Source of the DNA: a virus
Taxonomy: Duplodnaviria > Caudoviricetes
IMG/VR virus record: IMGVR_UViG_3300030101_000994
Span: 1 to 58,301 of that record
DNA: 58,301 nucleotides
Strand: one strand, 5' to 3'
Position 1 is the stretch's first letter. Each line of letters opens with the position of its first letter. Below the pieces are notes generated by a model. The model was not told the origin of the DNA and ran no database searches. It worked only from the letters and a program-made list of their open reading frames with translations. Below, in pieces: positions 55,320-58,301 of this stretch. The position numbers and the translations under genes are program-made.

Positions 55320-56285
55320 ATGGCATCTACATTCTCATCAGATTTAAAACTGGAACTCATGGCTACTGGTGAAAACGCTGGTACATGGGGAACAAAAACA
55401 AATAATAATTTAAATTTAGTACAACAAGCAATCGGTGGTTTTGAACAAGTAACAGTTGGTGACGGAGCAACAGTTGCACTAGCAATGACCGATGGTACAG
55501 TATCAAACGCAAGAAATATGGTTGTAAAAGTGGCTACTGTAACTCTATCAGGAGCCACTGTTTTAACAGTGCCTGACAGTATTGAAAAAATGTATATTTT
55601 TGATGTGACAGGCGTAACCAACCCGACAAACTTAACTATAAAAACAGCAAGTGGATCTGGTTTTTCTCCAGACCAACAAAAAATATATTTTGCATATGCA
55701 GATGGGACTAATATTGTTGAAGTTTCATTAGACAGTTTGGGTGGTGCGGTAGGTACAGCAAGTTTACCAACGGTACCAGTTACAAAAGGTGGGACAGGTT
55801 TAACATCTGCTGGTTCCGCAAATCAAGCATTAAAAATGAATAGTGGTGGTAGTGCTTTAGAGTTTGGGACATTAGCAATAGCTGGTGGTGGAACTGGTGC
55901 AACAACTTTAGCGGGTGCTAATATTGTAGCGTCAAATGCAAATACAACTTTTACAAAAGCATTAAGAGGATCTACTCAAACTGCTGGTTCTCAAACTGGT
56001 AGTGTTACTTTAGATTTTGACACCTATCAGAACTTCGTGCTGACAGCAACAGGTAATGTTACTTTAGCCAATCCTTCTACTGAGTCAGTAGGACAATCAG
56101 GTATTATAGTATTTATTCAAGATGGCACTGGCAGTCGTACATTAAGTTTAGGAACAGATTATGAAACAGCAGGTGGTGCTGGTTTAACTATATCTACTGC
56201 TGCTAATGCAGTCGATGTTATACCATATTTTGTTAAGGCTGCCTCAAGTATTCAATTAGGAGCACCTCAACTTGCGTTTGCATAG
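55320..56285 (+). CDS. Tail fibre-like protein
   Basis: MAST..LELMATGENAGTWG.KTN; GGTG repeats; QDGTGSRTL. Confidence 0.7.
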   Translation: MASTFSSDLKLELMATGENAGTWGTKTNNNLNLVQQAIGGFEQVTVGDGATVALAMTDGTVSNARNMVVKVATVTLSGATVLTVPDSIEKMYIFDVTGVTNPTNLTIKTASGSGFSPDQQKIYFAYADGTNIVEVSLDSLGGAVGTASLPTVPVTKGGTGLTSAGSANQALKMNSGGSALEFGTLAIAGGGTGATTLAGANIVASNANTTFTKALRGSTQTAGSQTGSVTLDFDTYQNFVLTATGNVTLANPSTESVGQSGIIVFIQDGTGSRTLSLGTDYETAGGAGLTISTAANAVDVIPYFVKAASSIQLGAPQLAFA

Positions 56286-56297
56286 GAGACATTACTA

Positions 56298-57107
56298 ATG
56301 CCAGTACAAGGTGAATTTTTTCAAAACCCAGGAAGTAGTGGTGGTTTTTATGATTATCAGATTTCTAATAGCTGTAGATTCGATAAAGCAGCTAGTTCTA
56401 GATTATATAGAACTTTTGGTACACCTTCAAGTGCTACAAAAATGACAATGAGTTGGTGGATGAAACATGGTGATATTCCAGATTATCAACAAATTTTTTC
56501 TAAAGCTGGAGGTTATGGTGGAGGAAATGGTGCTTCAATAACACTAAATGATAGTCTTGGTGGTTATGCTGATATAATTACTATGTATGGAATGAAAGGA
56601 AGTGGTGGAGGAAGTACAGGTGGAAATACTTATCCTGCTAATGCGTTTAGAGATTACAGTGGTTGGACACATTGCCATTATAAGATGGACACTAGTAAAA
56701 GTGGAATGTCTGGTACTAATGCAAAAGTAGTTATGCACATTAATGGAGTAAATGCAGTATTTGTCAATACAAATGAACCTTCAGGCAATTTTGATAATTT
56801 TAATACTAATGGTGATGTTCACTCTGTAGGAAATGGTAATGGTTACGACCAAGGAGATATTTATTTAGCAGAGTTTATATTTTTAGATGGGCAGTATGAA
56901 GATTATACATCTTTTGGTGAAACAAAGAATGGAGTCTGGATACCTAAAGACCCTAGTAGTTTAACATTTGGTAATAATGGCTTTCATCTTAAATTTGAAG
57001 ATGCTTCTAACCTAGGCAATGACAGTAGTTCGAACAATAATGATTTTACATCAACAGGACTTGGTACAGACCATCAAGTTGTTGATAGTCCAACATTTGG
57101 GAGTTAA
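56298..57107 (+). CDS. LamG/concanavalin-like tail fibre domain protein
   Basis: ISNSCRFD, FRDYSGWTH, YLAEFIFLDG, FGETKNGVWIPK, FGNNGFHL. Confidence 0.65.
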   Translation: MPVQGEFFQNPGSSGGFYDYQISNSCRFDKAASSRLYRTFGTPSSATKMTMSWWMKHGDIPDYQQIFSKAGGYGGGNGASITLNDSLGGYADIITMYGMKGSGGGSTGGNTYPANAFRDYSGWTHCHYKMDTSKSGMSGTNAKVVMHINGVNAVFVNTNEPSGNFDNFNTNGDVHSVGNGNGYDQGDIYLAEFIFLDGQYEDYTSFGETKNGVWIPKDPSSLTFGNNGFHLKFEDASNLGNDSSSNNNDFTSTGLGTDHQVVDSPTFGS

Positions 57108-57112
57108 TTAAT

Positions 57113-58301
57113 ATGGCAAGTAGTGGAAATTTTTGTACATGGAACGCACTTACAGGAATTAAAGATGATGGTAGTTCAGGTATAACATTTGCTAATGGTA
57201 ATACCAGTGCTAGTATGACGCATAACGGAATATCTTGTTTAGGTACACATGGTATAAAATCTGGTAAATGGTATTATGAAATTAATTATCATGCTGATGG
57301 TAATTATTCAGACGGAAGGCTTCATGCAGGTTGGACTTCAGATTTAAAAGGAATAAAATATGCTTTTTTTAGACAAGCAGGAGGTTCTCCAGATAGAGAA
57401 GGTTTTGGAGTTCATCTTTGGTTTTATAGAAACAATTATCAAGGTGGTAAAATATCATATCAATCATCAACAGATTATACAGGAAACACAGGTGCTTCAA
57501 ATTCTAATTTAAAAGCAACTCAAGCAAATGATATTATTATGTGTGCCATAGATGCTGATAATCATAAAATGTATTGGGGATTAAATGGTAACTGGGGTTC
57601 AACTAATACTAATGGAGCAACAGCAACAAATTCAGATATTACTCAAGTAGATGGTTGGTCTATAGAATCAACATGGCAAGGAAGTACATGGATGCCAGCT
57701 ATATGGTTTGCAGGTGCATCATCAGGAACAACTGCAATTATAAACGCAGGTCAGGACAGCACTTTTTCAGGAACAAAAACAAGTGGTTCTGCAAACGCAA
57801 GCGACTCAAATGGGGTGGGGAATTTCTATTATACACCTCCTAATAATTTTCTTGCCCTATCAAGTTCTGCCTTGCCCATATCAGATGACATAGACCCTGC
57901 ACAGACTGATGATGATTACCCTAGTAAACAATTTGGTGTAGTTACTTATTCTGGTACTGGTAGTAATGGTAATGCAATTACTGGTTTAGGTTTTCAACCT
58001 GATTTATTGTGGCTTAAACAAAGAAATGCAACTTCAGATTATTCTAATGCTTTAGTAGACTCATCAAGAGGTCGTACTAAAGTTATTTACAGCCATAGCA
58101 CTAGAGCTGAACTGACAAGTCCTGCTGATAAAGATGTTAAATCTTTTGATAGTGATGGATTTACAGTAGATGTAAGTGAACAAATAGGTATTAATTCAGG
58201 CAGTGGAACTTATGTTGCATGGTGTTGGAGAGCTAATGGTGGAGTAACCTCATCAAATACAGATGGAGATATAACAACAACAGTACAAGCTAATCAAAAA
58301 G
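57113..58301 (+). CDS. SPRY-like plus repeat-domain tail fibre / receptor-binding protein (3' truncated)
   Basis: MASSGNFCTWN..SGKWYYE..GNFYYTPP..TGLGFQPDLLWLKQR; open to the end of the window. Confidence 0.7.
   Translation, partial: MASSGNFCTWNALTGIKDDGSSGITFANGNTSASMTHNGISCLGTHGIKSGKWYYEINYHADGNYSDGRLHAGWTSDLKGIKYAFFRQAGGSPDREGFGVHLWFYRNNYQGGKISYQSSTDYTGNTGASNSNLKATQANDIIMCAIDADNHKMYWGLNGNWGSTNTNGATATNSDITQVDGWSIESTWQGSTWMPAIWFAGASSGTTAIINAGQDSTFSGTKTSGSANASDSNGVGNFYYTPPNNFLALSSSALPISDDIDPAQTDDDYPSKQFGVVTYSGTGSNGNAITGLGFQPDLLWLKQRNATSDYSNALVDSSRGRTKVIYSHSTRAELTSPADKDVKSFDSDGFTVDVSEQIGINSGSGTYVAWCWRANGGVTSSNTDGDITTTVQANQK

Noticed and set aside
542-57843. Many short antisense or nested track ORFs inside long genes
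   Set aside because: Fully overlapped by well-supported genes; expected by chance.
1-58301. tRNA genes, integrase, introns/inteins, DGR, alternative genetic code
   Set aside because: No cloverleaf, recombinase, reverse transcriptase or splice motifs were recognised, and core genes are intact under the standard code. This was checked by eye only; tRNAscan-SE and HMM searches would be decisive.

Overview
The window is almost the whole genome of an AT-rich tailed dsDNA phage with podovirus-type architecture, circularly permuted. One tail/receptor-binding gene runs off the right end and its apparent C-terminus reappears at position 1, with a short gap. Gene content and order resemble marine alphaproteobacterial podoviruses such as the roughly 55-60 kb HTVC023P-like pelagiphages; this is an inference, and no search was run. 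Modules in order: tail nozzle; a protein-modification cluster (2OG-Fe(II) oxygenase, SET domain, two glycosyltransferases); ejection proteins; replication (exonuclease, SNF2 helicase, SSB-like, primase, UvrD, Leu762-type PolA); TerS; a C5 methyltransferase and divergent early operons around an iteron-like region and GC-rich CGTT repeat cassettes; TerL, portal, holin, GroES, scaffold, major capsid, M15 endolysin, many small K/R-rich proteins, adaptors and tail proteins. I recognised no RNA polymerase, sigma factor, integrase, tRNA or CRISPR array. Best candidates for undescribed biology: (1) two promoter-driven small RNAs that expose anti-Shine-Dalgarno loops and match specific early-gene leaders, alongside a palindromic operator and a candidate RHH repressor; (2) a genome-wide family of basic proteins sharing an xxGG motif, including a histone-tail-like repeat protein, plus AT-hook proteins and a phage SET-domain enzyme; (3) an array of promoter-gene cassettes separated by CGTT repeats and GCWGC/CCNGG clusters.
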